Shown here piece after piece: positions 13,140 to 27,399 of a stretch of DNA of 64,000 nucleotides. The translations under genes were made by a program, and so were the position numbers. Numbering within the stretch: the first letter of the stretch is position 1; every line of letters starts with the position of its first letter. Below the pieces are notes generated by a model, which was not told where the DNA came from, ran no database searches, and was given only the letters and a program-made list of their open reading frames with translations. The stretch is from Callorhinchus milii (Eukaryota): the NCBI RefSeq assembly GCF_018977255.1, contig NW_024704743.1, positions 64,978,001 to 65,042,000 of the forward strand. Direction: 5' to 3'.

Positions 13140-13458
13140 TTAATAATAATAACAATCATTGCATTTGATATAGCGCTTTTCATGTCTTCTAGATGTCTCA
13201 AAGCGCTTCGCAGAATATACTGTAAAGTGAACTGGCTGTATATTTTGTGGGTGAAATGCGGCAGCCAATTGCGCACAGCAGTGTTCCACAAACAGTCATG
13301 GATTGAAGTGACCAATTTTATTATTGTTTTTTTTCTTGAGGGATTATTATCAGGTGTGCGGAGTAGGGAAACTTGCCCAAGGCTTCGCCCTGCCAGGAAT
13401 CAAACCCAGGTCTCTCGCTTGCAAGGCGAGTGCACTAACCACTGAGCTACAGGACTCC
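13140..13458 (-). mobile_element. tRNA-derived SINE, short form
   Basis: Complete head, body and tail. Confidence 0.9.
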
Positions 13459-15104
13459 TGCATTGCACCCTTACTTTGATTTTTGTCAGTAACATAAACA
13501 ATAATCAAGGCAAATGAATAATGGACCAACCTGGTAATAAGGATGGTGCAGAAAGGAGTCAGGACAACCAGCCAAAGCCATGATTTTTCTCAGATTAGAT
13601 AATCCACAGAAACGTCATCCACTTTTCAGTTATGTTTAAAGGAACCTGATAATTGTAAAGAAAATGAAATTAATTGAGTAAATCAAAGTTCACTAGTTTT
13701 GTGCATTTGATTCAAAAATTAGACTATTTCCCGCTCAAACACAATGAATGTTTTTAAACTCTTTTTCAAGAAATAACCAGCCTTACCAATCAAGACTAGC
13801 TATTTCATGCCATTATTCACATCTGATGTCCAAGTTAGTTCAAAGTTGAATATTTAACCTTCCATGCAGGTGTTAAATTTGTTGTACAATATTTGATTAG
13901 GTATCTTTGGGAGCCATATAAATAGATTACAGGGGTTGCAGTTGAATCTTGATAACAAGACACTGATTTAACAAGTCACTACCACTTAAGTAGCCATGCT
14001 GTCAACATCCCGGCTGATTCCCATGCAAAAATTAATAAAGGACTAACACTCCGCTTAACATGCAGCTTACAAATAGCTTACAATGCAAAATTGATCAGAT
14101 AACTCGTCCTATAAAATGGCATCTTGCAATGCAGAGACCTCCCGGCCTTTCCGGAGGTTGGGTGCACATGCTCAGATGCATTACAGGGACCTTCTGCCCC
14201 GACGTGGCCTCCTGCCTCATTTCCCACCCTATCCTGTGACTGGATAGGGAGGCCCTTCAATAGACCAGAAGCATCTGTGATGCATCTGAACATGTGCGCC
14301 CAGCCTGCACCAGTCATAGTGCCCCCTTGTAGCCTGGAAGAATCTATGCCTAATTCGCCACTCTGGATAACTCGGTTAGCCCTTTCCCATTGGGAGTGTT
14401 GTGCTATCGGGAGTTGAATGCAATTGGTAAATTAAGATTTCCCATTCAAGAGGTAGACCAAAGCAATTTGAGTTACTATTAAAAAAAATGCTGTATAGTG
14501 TTTTAAGGGGCACCAACATGTGTGGGGTGGGGGGAAAATCACTTCTACTTAGCATGTGATAGTGTTTCAAGATGCCACTAATCTAAGTAACTCTCAGTAG
14601 GCTTCAGCTGTCTACAGTACAAAATTACATTTGTATCACACCTTTCACATTGGAAGGATGTCCCAAGATGCTGAACAGTCATTAGCTATTTTTATACAGT
14701 GCCTTTCACTTAAAATAAATCTATCAAAACACTTTACAAAATAAAATCTTATGTCGGCAAATACAGCAACTAATTTACACCAACAACTTCCTACAAACAA
14801 TTAATCAATTTGCCAATTAAATCAAATTAGTGGATGTATTCATATAAGGAAGTGCAAGACAAGATAAAACACTTTTTGTTAAAATAGCAGGAGGATCCCA
14901 TAGCATTCACTTGAATTGCAAGACAGACAGAACCTAAATTAATGACAACATAGAAAAAAGTACGGCAATGATCCAGAAATAAACAGATTTTGCATTGAAT
15001 GTTGTGTAGATGAACATAGCAGTTAATTGGCGCCAGCAACATCCCACAAACAATAAACATGCTTTTTGTAACTAGGTTCTGGAGCTGGTAAAAGAGCAAC
15101 TCAC

Positions 15105-15131
15105 CATCAGATTTGACTCATGGCCAATCAT
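15105..15131 (-). other. Candidate exon end carrying a start codon (MIGHESNLM|); 5' boundary undetermined
   Basis: Donor ATG|GTGAGT at 15104; phase 0 fits exon 3562-3655; in-frame stop lies upstream. Confidence 0.3.
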
Positions 15132-15549
15132 CCATGCGGGAGACAGCTGTATTGAGTTGACTTAACCAGAAATCTCTCAGGCGAGCAAAGGAGCTACTGC
15201 CATCGGGGTCTTCTGTCTATCTTGTACTGAACAAATGGATGCGAGCAGGCCACATTGGTGTGAAAGCTCTTCCTCCTAAGCATCAGTGAACTGTAGTTGT
15301 GACTCTCTTAAGGCAAGTGTGCCAATCACAATAAGTCCCAATATCAGTTTTCACTATCAAGCAGCAGTGCCTCAGGCTGCCAAATAAATATTCCTGCCTC
15401 TCGTCATTTTAAAAAATATATAACACACACAATGGCTATTCTAGATTTAATTCTGTGAACAAACACAGGAGCATTCTTCCGCTGGTCATCAAAACAGTTT
15501 TCCATATTATAATAAAAATCGTTGCATTTGATATAGATCTTGGCTCTGA

Positions 15550-16140
15550 AACCGGACTACAGAGGTCACCACAGAGAAATGACTCGACTTCAGCATTCTC
15601 TTGCCAAGCATGTCAACTTGGAGCCAGTTCATCTCCAAGGAGACCCCACTTGCCTTTTATTCCCCCACAACCTCAAGAATATAGTTGCAACTTGGTCATT
15701 TGACATCCAACAAGAGCAGGCTTGAGCCGTCACTGGGTGGATGGCAGATACTAGGAACTCCCCGTGAGCTTTCTGCTGACTAGCACAGCTCATTATGAAA
15801 CGCATTAAAGCATTGCCACAATGTTCTGACCCACAGCTCAGACACGCATCCCTACGCATAGAACGATGGTCCACCAGATGGAGGTGCAGAGTTTAAGCAG
15901 CAGCTGCTTATCTCTCTGCAAGCCAATCAAGATGGATTCCAAGACTTGGATATATGAACTTGTATTCATGAACCCAGACTCCTGGTAATATCTTTCCAGT
16001 AGTTGTCGTCCCAAGCATCAAAGTTTCCTCATCACCTATCTGACAGACATCTGCCTTCAACATGGTGTGAGGTCATCTACAGGACTGCTTGTGACATGCC
16101 GGGCACCTTAACATTCAACAGATCCAAGTCCAATGCCAAA
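15550..16140 (+). repeat. Ancient unclassified repeat, copy D (downstream part)
   Basis: DYRGHHREMTRLQHSLAKHVN aligns with DYEDSHRELIQFRHSIAKHIN at about 26280. Confidence 0.55.
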
Positions 16141-16892
16141 GGTGCACAACTACATTTCTGAATCTTCTCTTATCCCTACTCTTCATTCAACCAAACCTCT
16201 CTCATAAACATTTCCTCTTATCACTTAGTCCTGCAACAATATATGTTGAATCTCCTTTAACCCAACTTCCATTTAATTCTACCTCAATCACCTCTATGAT
16301 CCATCAAGAAAACCTTTCACTTTCCAATGGTCTCGTAGTAGTGGGTAAAACATTACCCAATGCAGCACCAGGCATAAAAAAACAGAAATTGCAGTTCTAA
16401 TTTCTTCTGCTGAGTTAGCTGGAGCTCTAAAATAGGCTTCAGCTCCCCTGGGATAGGGAATCTGCCAGATTGTTAGTCTGCCCATTTCCCTGACAAGCAA
16501 GGGAAGCTTTATGCTGTATTTTATTTTTCACAAACCACCAGATTGGACACTATAGTTTGGTTCAATCATGTTTCTCGCCAAGATTGTGTGGTTGGGATAC
16601 ATCAAACTGGTGCCTAATTAGTTGAAGCATTTCAAAGCTACTTCAGTTAATTACTTCTTCAAGGCTACGATTAATATTTACTATGATTAATCCACTATTC
16701 TTACAACTTTGCCATAACAACATTATAGCTCTAAGTATGATCTATTATATGCCTTTTCCTCATCAGCCACATTGGTCTCAAAGAATAGATATCTCTCCTA
16801 CTATCCTCAAGAGACAAACCTTCAACCTCCGCCATATTTTGTAGTCTCCAACTTTCCTTCTTCCTTGGAAATTTATGGAATTTATTTAGTTA

Positions 16893-17050
16893 AGGAGAGA
16901 GAGGGTGTTAGAGCAGAGAGAGAGGTTAACTGAAAGAGTGTGAGAGGGAGAGAGCGTGAGAGAGGGAGAGAGAATGTGTGCGAGGGTGAGAGAGAACATG
17001 AGAGCAAGAGAGAGAGAAAGAGTGACAGAACTGAGAGAGAAGTGAGGGCA
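16893..17050 (+). repeat. (GA)n-rich low-complexity tract
   Basis: Directly visible. Confidence 0.85.
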
Positions 17051-17379
17051 GAGTTCAGCCATTCACTGTCAGGACAGACGATCAGAGCCTCCCTCTGCCG
17101 TTGCGGGAGAGACCAAGGACAGACACCAAGCTGCGTGCTGTGCAGTTTCCTCACAGAAGGCTCCCTCTTTCCCCAGTGAAAAACTTCTCCATGTCCTTCA
17201 TTCCACCTCCCTTCCCCACCTTACCTCTACAAACTCCCGACCTGGCCGTTCCCTTTATGGAGAAAATACCAACTTGCTTCATACCCACCACCCCATCTGC
17301 CCCAGCATCGCCATGTTTCCCCCTCTCTTTGGAGTTCTATTACTGGAGTCCCTCCTACTCGCTCCCTCCCCTCTTACAC

Positions 17380-19700
17380 CACCACCACAACAACAAAATT
17401 ATATTTATAGAGTGCCTTTCACTTCGGGAGGATATCCCAAAGCGCTGGACAGTCAGGGGTTGGGACCCGAGCATGGGGGAGGGGTGGGGTAGGGGTGAGG
17501 GAAGGCAGAGAGGTGGGAGGGCGACCAAAGGCATGATCGAAAAGAAGGGTCGTGAGACCAGCCTTGAAGGAGGCAAGGGAGGAAGAGAGGTGAAGGGACT
17601 GTGGGATGGAGTTCCAGAGTGTGGGGGCAGAAAGGCTGAAAGTTAGGCCATTGATGGTAGGGCGGGAGACATGGAGCAGACTGGAGCCCGATGAACGGTT
17701 TCCGTAATCGTGCCTTGATGTGACAAATGCGTGGGTGAGGATTTTGGTGGCCTGAGGGGTGAGGCAGTGGCGGAGTCTGGCAATGTTGTGGAGGTGGTGG
17801 TAGGCAGTACCAGTCATGGCACAGATGTGGAAGAGAAAGGATAGTTCAGAGTCAAACAAGATACCCAGGTTCCTGACTGGCTTAGTGAGGTTGAATGTGC
17901 AGCCGTGGAGGCTGATGCTGCCAGCGCCTAAGGTGCGGAGGCACTGGCGCGAGCCAATCAGGAGGGCCTCGGTCTTGCTGACGTTGAGTTGGAGAAAGTT
18001 GTCCCTCGTCCAGGACTTGATGTCGGACAGGCAGTCGGTCAGGACGCCAGTAGTCCTGGAGTTGAGAGTGGAGGCAGAGAGGTAGAGTTGGGTGTCATCC
18101 GCATACATGTGGAAATTTACCCCATGTCTGCGGATGATGTCACCGAGGGGGAGCATGTAGAGGGTAAAGAGGAGGGGACCGAGGACAGAGCCCTGAGGAA
18201 CACCACATGAGACGGTGCGGGGGTTGGAGTAGAAGTCGTTTGCTGCGACGAAGTTGAGGCGGTTTGAAAGGTAGGACCTGAAGCAGTAAAGGACAGAACC
18301 TTGAAGGTTGAGGTGGGAGGAGAGGCGGTGGAGGAGGATTGAATGGTCCACGGTGTCAAAGGTGGCGGAGAGATTGAGGCGGACAAGGAGGCAGAGGGAG
18401 CCCTGGTCGAACATATCAGGATGTCGTTTGTGACCTTGGCCAGAGCAGCACCAGTGGGCAGCACGGAAACCAGATTGGAGGGGTTCATAGAGGGAGTGGG
18501 ATGAGAGGAAAGAGCGGAGCTGGGAGGCAACGGCTCTCTCAAGGACCTTGGACAAGAAAGGGAGCTTTGAAAATGGGCCGGTAGCTGGATAGCTGTGATG
18601 GGTCAAGGGAAGGTTTCTTCAAGGTGGGGGTGATAGTGGCTGTTTTGAAAGGGGTAGGAACAGTGCCAGATGACAGGGAGAGGTTGATGATGTCAGCGAG
18701 TAGTGGGACAAAGAGGTGGAGCTGAGATTTAAGGAGAGGGGTGGGAATGGGGTCCAGGGAGCAGGTGGTGGGCTTCATGGATGATATAGTTGTGAAGACA
18801 GAGGAGGAGGTGAGAGGTTCAAAGGTGTGGAAGGAGGGAAGGGCTCTGAAACTCCATCCCCCAGTGTCTTCGCCGCCTCCTCCCTTTCCTCCTTCAAGGC
18901 CGGTCTCAAGACTTTTCTCTTTGACCGTGCCTTCAGCTCCCCTCTCGATTCTCTACCCCCTCCTCGCTCCCTCCCTTCTCTCACCCTGACCATTTCCCCC
19001 CTGCTCGGGTCCTGACCCAAGTGTCCAGCACCTTGGGACGTCCTCCCGACGTGAAAGGCTCTCTATAAATGGAATCTTGTTGTTGTTGTTGGAAGTGTGG
19101 GGGGGTGAGTAGGGAGGGGGTAGAAATTGGGAGGGCAGTGGCAGCTGAGCACATTCCCTCGATTTTGGACTCAAGGAAGTCCAGCATTTTCTCGCAGTGG
19201 GAGTCAGAGGAAAGAATCTGCGAGGCGTGGTGGGGAGGGTGGAGGAGCCGGTTGGTGGTGGAGAACAGGAGCCTGGGGTTGCCCTTCGCTTCCAGGATTA
19301 ACCTGGAATAGAAGGACAATTTGGCCGATGTGAGAGCGGAACGGTAGAGTTTGATGAGGTCCAGCCGGATTTGAGCCAAGTGCATTCGGCAGCCCGTACC
19401 TGGCCCTTAAGGAAGCGGAGGTATCTGGTGAACCAGAGTGAGGATCGGGAATAGGAAGCAGTTCAGGAGGAGAGAGGGGCAAGGGCGTCGAGTTTGGTGG
19501 AGAGGGTGCTGTGGAGAAAAGTAAGCGCAGCGAATGGGTTGGTGCAAGAGGTCGGAGGAGTTCAGTGTACTCCAGGGCCGCGGAGAGGGATTGCGGGGAG
19601 ATCGTCTTCCATGGGCACGTCTTACAAGGCAAGTCAAGACCTAGCTCTTTTACCATGCTTTCAGTCATCTTTTCCCCTCACCACCCCACCTCTCTTGGCT
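17380..19700 (-). mobile_element. Long L2 LINE remnant with RT domain (frameshifted ORF2)
   Basis: [50 protein letters not shown]; (CAA) tail at about 17385-17400. Confidence 0.95.
18843..19091 (+). mobile_element. Younger L2 3' fragment inserted antisense into the long L2
   Basis: Tail TAAATGGAATC(TTG)n; matches 1468-1697. Confidence 0.85.
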
Positions 19701-20404
19701 CCCAGCCTACAATGTTAAGCGGTTTGAGATGTCTTTTCAATGTAAAAAAGGTGCTGTGTAAACATCATGTTTCTGGAAGGGCTGTGGACCTGCAGACCCT
19801 TCTCAAATAGGGAATCCAGCCTGTGGCAGCCAAAAGGTTGGACCACCCTGACATAGCCCACCAGTCGTGGAAGTTGCAAAGTTTAGCTGTTCAAATCAAG
19901 CCCGAGTTGCAAATGTCAAGTTTGTATTTACTGCCATCCAATAATTACTGGCTTCTAATTTACCACCCTTTAGGGTATTATGCAAAATAAGATATACTAT
20001 AGAATCATCAAGGAGAAAAAAAAGTTGAAAATGTAGTTAATATATTTTAGAATCACATCAAGCATAGCAGCTGTTTTACAGTTTAAAGGGAGTACTGGAT
20101 ACTGAAAGACAACAGTATGGCAACTCCCATTAAGCCTTTGTCTGCCACAAGATGGCTACTCACGTTCCCAAATACAAAATGCCTGATCCAAGTTTCCAGC
20201 TCATTTGAAACATTATTTACACATTAATCCATACTTAGGACACCTGGCTTGTTAAGTACCCCGTCCACCAAACTGAGCTTTTTATTTTTACAGATGTCCA
20301 CCATCTGAAACATCCATATGGAATAGCAAAGAAGAAGTTCTCTGTCTAAGAGCTTTAACTATTTTTGAAATGCCACTTTTCGCAGGTTCTGAGTGACTGG
20401 CCAT

Positions 20405-20757
20405 TCATGCACAAAACAGTCAATTCACTTTACAGTAATAATAATAATAATCCTTGCATTTGATTTAATGCCTTATCACATCGTTGAGACATCTCAAAGC
20501 GCTTCACAGAATATACTGTAAAGTGGATTGACTGTTTTGTGGGCGAAATGCGGCAGCCAATTGTGCACAGCAATCGTGGATTGAGTGACCAATTCTTTTT
20601 GAAGGGATTATTTCCCCCGGAAAGCGATCTGCCGATCAACTAACAATCAGGTTCCAACTTACAGCTCGGTAAACACAGGCTTACTGTATTATGTGAAACA
20701 CTTTGAGACATCTAGAAGATGAGATAAGGCTCTACATCAAATGCAAGGATTATTATA
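20405..20757. mobile_element. Plus-strand SINE 3' part split by an antisense SINE (20437-20680)
   Basis: Host CACTTTACAGTA resumes as TTACTGTATTATGTGAA after the insert. Confidence 0.75.
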
Positions 20758-21579
20758 ACTGCCCTTAGTACAGTAGATAGTGGATACTGAGCTAATCACC
20801 ATTGATAAAACTGGATAAAGAATCAACAAGATAATAGTACAAGAACAAAACTACAGTATTGTAAATTGAAGGATAAATTTTCAGCCATTCCACCAGATAC
20901 ACTAACTCTTGTGTGAAGTGCATTCTGCCCTGTTTGGGGAAATCTAAATTTCAAACTCTCGACACAAGGTGGTCAGCTTCAGCACTGTGCAAATGACAAG
21001 ATACACCAAGTGCCATAACACATCTAGCCTTACTCTGTTCTCATAGTTTGACCCACAACTTTGAGACGTCTCGAAGACGTGATAAGGTGCTATATCAAAT
21101 GCAAGGATTATTATTATTATTATTATGTTGTGCCTCTAATGAACGACAGTAGCCTAATGCACAAACAACTGAGGAGCGGGGGCTCATTCTTGGAACCCCT
21201 TCAGGACTGCTTTGAAGTAAAGCTTTCAAATTAGACAACCCATCTACCCCAAGCTTGCCCAATTCCATTGGCTCCCTATTTCATCTGCTCTGCTATCTCA
21301 GCCTGCTTCAAGTTACCCACCCTCTCCAAGTTTTCTGCCACCTTGACCTCACTCTCTGGAACTCTCTCTTAAACTCCCTCCACCTCGCACCCTCACTCTT
21401 TACTTTCAAAATCCTATACAAGAACTTACCTCTTTAACAACATCTTCAATCATCTCCCTTACACCCTCTTTCTTTCCACCACTCCTCTCCCTGATGGTGA
21501 AACTGAGGGCATGAGGGACCATCAGGTACTGTTGCATTTTATTTGTGCAGCCAGGTGACTGACACTTGTGAAAAATGAC

Positions 21580-21825
21580 TGTTTTGCCCCCACACTCTGG
21601 AACTCCATTCCACGGTCCCTTCACCTCGCTTCCCCCTTGCCTCCTTCAAGGCCGGTCTCAAGACCCTTCTCTTCGATTGTGCCTTCGGTCACCCTCCCAC
21701 TTCTCTGCCTTCTCTCACCCCTACACCACCCCTCCTCCATGTTCGGGCCACGACACCTGACTGTTCAGCGCTTTGGGACGACCTCCCGACGCGAAAGGCG
21801 TTCTATAAATGTAATTTTGTTGTGT
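21580..21825 (+). mobile_element. L2 3' fragment
   Basis: APTLWNSIP motif and TAAATGTAATTTTGTTG tail. Confidence 0.85.
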
Positions 21826-24654
21826 TTAAGATGACCAGACAAAGTTTCACATATGTATGCCGCCCACACATGCAAAATACTCTGAAGATTAGTGTATAGA
21901 TCAGAAAGTTTACAAAGAAATTTGCATAAATTGATAGTACTTTTGTAAATAAGAAATAGATTTCAACCTGGAAAGTGAATTGCAGTGCATCAAGTTGAAG
22001 CACCAATGCATCAGCTTGATTTTCCCCTCTGCACCTCCTTCTACAACTCCAGATCCCAATCCCAATTGTGCTGCTGCTGTATTCAAAAGTAATGTTGCAT
22101 TCATACTTTTAAAAGCAATATAATTGCTTCCAGCAGTAAGGTGGAGCAAGAAGCCCACTTTACATTTCCTGCAAATTGTATCTAGGTTGCTCATAAAGAA
22201 TTTGATTAAAGAAATCCTTGAAGCTCCGAAAACTGGTACATTTTAATGTTATTAAAAAGCCTGCTACATGATCTGCTCCAGCAATAAAAAGGGTCCTTGA
22301 AAAATATTAAAACGGATCCTTCTAAAGATCTTGGGTGGCACAGTTAAAGGTACTACAGTATTAGGAATCAGAACACAACTCAATTCAAACACACTATACG
22401 CTAGTACAAAAATAGGTGCAAATACAATTAATCCTAACAACCAACTCTAACAAATTTTATAACCTGTTTTGTAGCAAATTTCCAAAGTGACTGCAGAGTG
22501 GACAGGTTGGTGGAAGTTTTAATAGGTAAGGAGGAGCAGACCATGGAGGACGAGGACAAGGACCTTGAACTCGACCCTATGGGGTATGGGGAGCAATTGA
22601 ATATGGGCAAATCAATGTTTTGGCATAACACACAGTATAACTGAACACCCAATGAATAAGGAGAATTTCAGTTTAGGAATCTCTGCATACTGTACATAAG
22701 GTGGTAAAAGAGCACCATTGACAAGGTCTACCTCAGAATCCCATCCACCAAAAGTAAGCAGTCCAGAAGCAACAGCGAAACTAAAAATGTAGTTTGATTC
22801 TGAAAAAAAATCAGTAGCTTAGCAGCTTCAGTTATTACCACAAAATCTATTATGCTACGTACAAAGGGAAATTGTGGGTGCCTGGGATTAAGTCAGATTA
22901 AAAACAGCAAGTTTCCAAAGTACTCTACATATGGTCGGTCACCTGATATAAATATTAAAATCTGTGAAGATAAGCATGAAATGGACGATTTCTAATATTT
23001 GGTTTTTTAGTTAAGCAATGTTCTTCTTTCATGGTACTACACAGATGTGATGAAATTGTCCTGAGTATAATTTACATTTACAGCACTAAAATCCATAGCA
23101 TAAATGTCGTATTCTTATTGAAATTAGTTTTAATAAATGAGATTTCATTCCCCCTCCAACATGCAAACCCACAACTGGGCCAGAATGGATAGACAAAGTA
23201 TAATGGACATGATTAACCTCTGATTGAGCATTTTAACGTAACATTTGGTTTGGGAATTTTATTCCCAAATATTTTTATTCCCTATTGCTCTACTCTCACT
23301 CACAATGTCCATTATCAGTAGCCAAGCCTTCAGCCACTATGCCCTTTTCCGCTTTTAAAAAATCTTTGCCTCGTTTCCTCAATCTGCTTTAACAATTTTC
23401 AGCTGTATCTTTGGTCAACACCCTCAACTCTCCCTTCATACAGTTCTCTATTCCAGTGTTGTAAAATAGAAATTGCTGACTAGTCACAGGCGTGGCCTAC
23501 GACGACACTATTTTAGCCACCTGCATTAAATTTAGAAGAAAATGCTTATATACACTCATACAATACAGGTGAAAATGTAGTTCACATGCATGCTTACATG
23601 TACTCTATATTTACTTAAAGATCTACCACCATTCAATGTGAAACTTTGCTAGACCTGCCCCTGCTCTCCGTCGAACAAAAAAAAACTTGCATTGATATAG
23701 TGCCCTTCATGTCAGGAGAACGTCCTCAAGGTGCTAAACAATAAGCAGTAACCAAGGAAGTAAAGCACACATATCAAAAAACACTCCCACCCTACTTTTG
23801 CGTCTTACGATTTTACCAAAAAACATACAAAAAGGACAGAGAAACATGTATATGCCAGGCGAATTCGAGATTACATGCCCAACAATGGGATTTATTCATC
23901 AATTTTATTTACTAATCAAAAATACAATTTTGCCACATTTGGATTCCCGATTCGCCACATGCGGCAACCAATCCCAATTCTTAAAACAGCATCTTTCACG
24001 TAGTGAACATTTCAATGCAAGTGGCTATTATTGGAGTCTCCATAACCCTGCAAGACAGCTTTAAAGGTTCATTTTCTGTTGATTTTTTTTNGATGAGCAC
24101 CATGAGTATAGTTATCACCACCACCCCGGTCATAATTATTGGAATGACTGCTCGCCGTTTCAAATTCTGTTTACACAATAAATTGTCAGATTTCTAACAA
24201 ATATTTGCATGACCAGAATAGTCCAGTCTTTGCAATAAGTTTTGAACAAATATGATGTTTTATGAAACATGAAATGTATTTCAATGTTAATTCTAGATTC
24301 CAAGGAGTGAACATACATGTTGATCTTCACAGGATATGTGACACAGACTGCATTTTGCCATAGAGGTTAATACTGAAATATAGTACTTGTACTACCAAAC
24401 TCAAAATAGCAGTGCTATTTTAGACAATGGCCCAATTAGGAAGAGAGAAAATGTATAGCTTGCTAATGCACTTGTTTGAGATTTGCAACGTTCTTAAATT
24501 AATTTTAAGGACTTAAATTAATAGCTAACATAGTACAGTATGCAAACTAGAACACGGAGCAACAGATTAAGAGTTTGTAATTAGAGTGCAACAGATTTTC
24601 ATCAATTATTACACAAAATATCAATTTGATGGACTGCATCGTTTGTTAAACAAC

Positions 24655-25066
24655 AAACAAAACATCAGCAGCAGCAAAATTACATTTGCATAGCGCTTTC
24701 ACGTCGGGAGGATTTCCCAAGGCACTGGACAGAGTTATGGACCCGAGCTGAGGATCGGGATGGGGGGCGGGGGGGAGCAGGGAGATCGAACGCACAGTCA
24801 AAGAGAAGGGTCTTAAGTTGGGGCTTGAGGTGGCAAGGGAGGGGGCGAGACAGAGGGACTGCGGGAAGGAGTTCCAGAGAGTGGCGAAAGGCCCGCCTGC
24901 CGATAGTGGGGCGAGCAAAGCGGGGACATGAAGCAGGCCGGAGCCTGCTGAGCGGGGGAGCGAACAGTGTGGTAAGGGGTTAGGAGGTCAGAGCAAGACC
25001 ATGGAGGGCTTTGAAGGTGAGGTCCAGGATCTTGGAACTGTATTCTCTGTGTGATGGGAAGCCAGT
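24655..25066 (-). mobile_element. L2 3' fragment
   Basis: TLWNSFPQSLCL, HWLP-type motif, L2 tail. Confidence 0.85.
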
Positions 25067-25889
25067 AACATTACATTTGCACAACAATTTTGCAAATTAA
25101 TGTGAAATTTAATCTTTTAGTGTAGCAAACCTGAGATGAATTTATTCTATTATTAAATGTAGTCTGCAAATAAAACAGGAAATAGTAAATATTTATGGCA
25201 AAATGACTAAAGGTAACCTAGATTTGATTATTCTGGACGCGTCATATACTGTACTAACTGAAAGGAAACTAGGAGCAGGAAGTTTATATTTGCTGCCCAA
25301 CTTGGAGAACATTAAGTGGAACTGAATTGTATAATTTTATTGCAGACAAACCACTAGATGGGAGCATCATGCAGAACTGAGACTTGTTCCATCTGGAGGA
25401 AGGGAAACTTGAACTGCATCACCTCCCAGCTAGTCAAGGACAACATTTATAATGACTGAAAACTCCATGCATGGCTATCTCTGCTATAGAGGGAAACTGG
25501 CTGGTTAGTGGCTCATGAAGAGATAAAAATTAGTACAAGGGAGCGGGGAGGGAGAGAGAAGAAAACTAACCTAATTTTATATTTTTAAAAAGGTTACTTC
25601 AAATCGTCACTCGTGAGCATTTAAAGATTACAGTACAATCTGATCTAAATTACTTTAATTTGCTTGGATCCTAAACAATATTACCTGGGACCATCAACCA
25701 CTCATTTTCTCTGGCTAATAAGGCTTACCCAACAGGTTCAAAATTGAAATGAATGAACTAGAAACAAGTGCCAATTTCCCATTCACCTAACAAAACCTGC
25801 TCACTTAATGAAACACATCGATTTTTTGGGGTCAGCCAGGTGTCTTGACACACGCAGAAACCGTTCAGCATTCTTAAGAGTATCCAAAC

Positions 25890-26390
25890 TAAAGAAAGTT
25901 CCACATGTCCCACTTACACATGGAAATCCCTTGTATTGGAAATGGAATGCGTACTCCCTCCTTGGAGGGATGCACACTGCTTACCCAATTCTGGACAGCA
26001 TTAGGCACAGGCTGGACAGAGCCAATGAATGGAGTTGGGGTACTGCTGGAGTTAACCAGCAAAAATTGTATAATTTTCCCATTGAAAGCACTGATTGGCA
26101 GGCTCACGGCTGGTCTAAATTGAGCCACCTACGCATTAGGGCTTTGGCTGAAAAGGTTAAAAGTAGCTGAGTCCTCCAGTCACTAGTTTATGCCTCCAAG
26201 TGCTATCAATGAGCCTGGCTGGCTGTGGTGTCATCAGCAATGCCATAACGTACTGCAGATCCACCTTGCTCAGCAACTGGATTACGAAGACAGCCACAGA
26301 GAGCTGATTCAATTCCGACATTCCATTGCCAAGCATATCAACTCCAAGGAGACACCTCTACCTTCTCCAAGGAGGATAGTCATGCATTGA
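25890..26390 (+). repeat. Ancient unclassified repeat, copy C
   Basis: Collinear with copies A and B (reverse complement) and overlaps copy D. Confidence 0.6.
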
Positions 26391-26484
26391 TTTAAGTTTT
26401 AGATTAGAGATGTAGGTTAAAAAGAGAAGCAGGTCAAAAGGGATGAGGGAATACCAAGAGTATTGAAAAGGACCAAAGCAAATT

Positions 26485-26882
26485 CATAGAATCATACAGC
26501 TCAGAAAGAAGTCATTCGGCCCATCGTGCCGAGGCTGGCTCTTTAAAATAGCTATCCAAATTAATCCCATTCCCTGCTCTTTCCCCATAGCCTTGCAAAT
26601 TTGTCCTCCCCAAATATCTATCCACTTTTCTCTTGAAAGTTGTTATCGAATCGGCCTTCACCACCCTTTCATGCAATGCATTCCAGATCCGAACAACTCA
26701 CTGTGTGAAAACATTTCTCCTCATCTCCTCTCTGCTTGTTTTCACAACTATCTCAAATCTGTCCTCTGGTTACCAACCCACCCTGTCAGTGGGTTGGTAA
26801 CCAAAGTGAGAACAGTTTCTCCCTGTTCACTCTATCAAACCCCCTGATAATTTTGAGCACCTCTATTAAATCTCCCCATAAC
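26485..26882 (-). mobile_element. CR1 3' fragment
   Basis: TCATAGAATCATACAG...ATTCGGCCCATCGTG CR1 tail signature. Confidence 0.85.
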
Positions 26883-27399
26883 TTTTAAAACATTTGTTTC
26901 CAATACTCTTTAATGAAATCAAGACAACAGTTAGGCAAGAAGTTAAAAACCCGAGGGACCCAAATGGAGTTGAAAATAGAATGAGAAATCCTGATAAAAA
27001 TTCTCATTCTATTTTCTATTTCTTAACTTTTATCAGGACATTAATACAGTATATTGTCCCAACTTCCAACACTTGTTGTAAGTTCTGAGGATGAATTGAA
27101 CAAAGCAGAGATTCTAGGTAGACTGAAGGTGCCGAAGGAAAGGAAGACCATAAACTACTAAGTATCCACATGGCAACCTTGCACAAATCTGCTTAGGTGC
27201 ACACAAATAACTGGCCTAGTCATAAAAATAAATCTCAGTTGAGTACTAAAATGTTCCAGGTTTAAATCGTGACAATACTTCACCCTTTTCAGATTATGAA
27301 ATAAATGAACATGTCAAAAAATATTGGGGGAAGTGATGAACCAGCAATGAACAACATTTCCCTGGGGCTAAACTTACTATAAGCAGACATCAATCAGGT

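Noticed and set aside
17419..18606. 395-aa ORF as a host gene or active reverse transcriptase
   Set aside because: Frameshifted L2 ORF2 remnant with an internal deletion and no endonuclease domain.
24091..24091. Single N after a T run
   Set aside because: Assembly ambiguity, not biology; it may hide a small gap.
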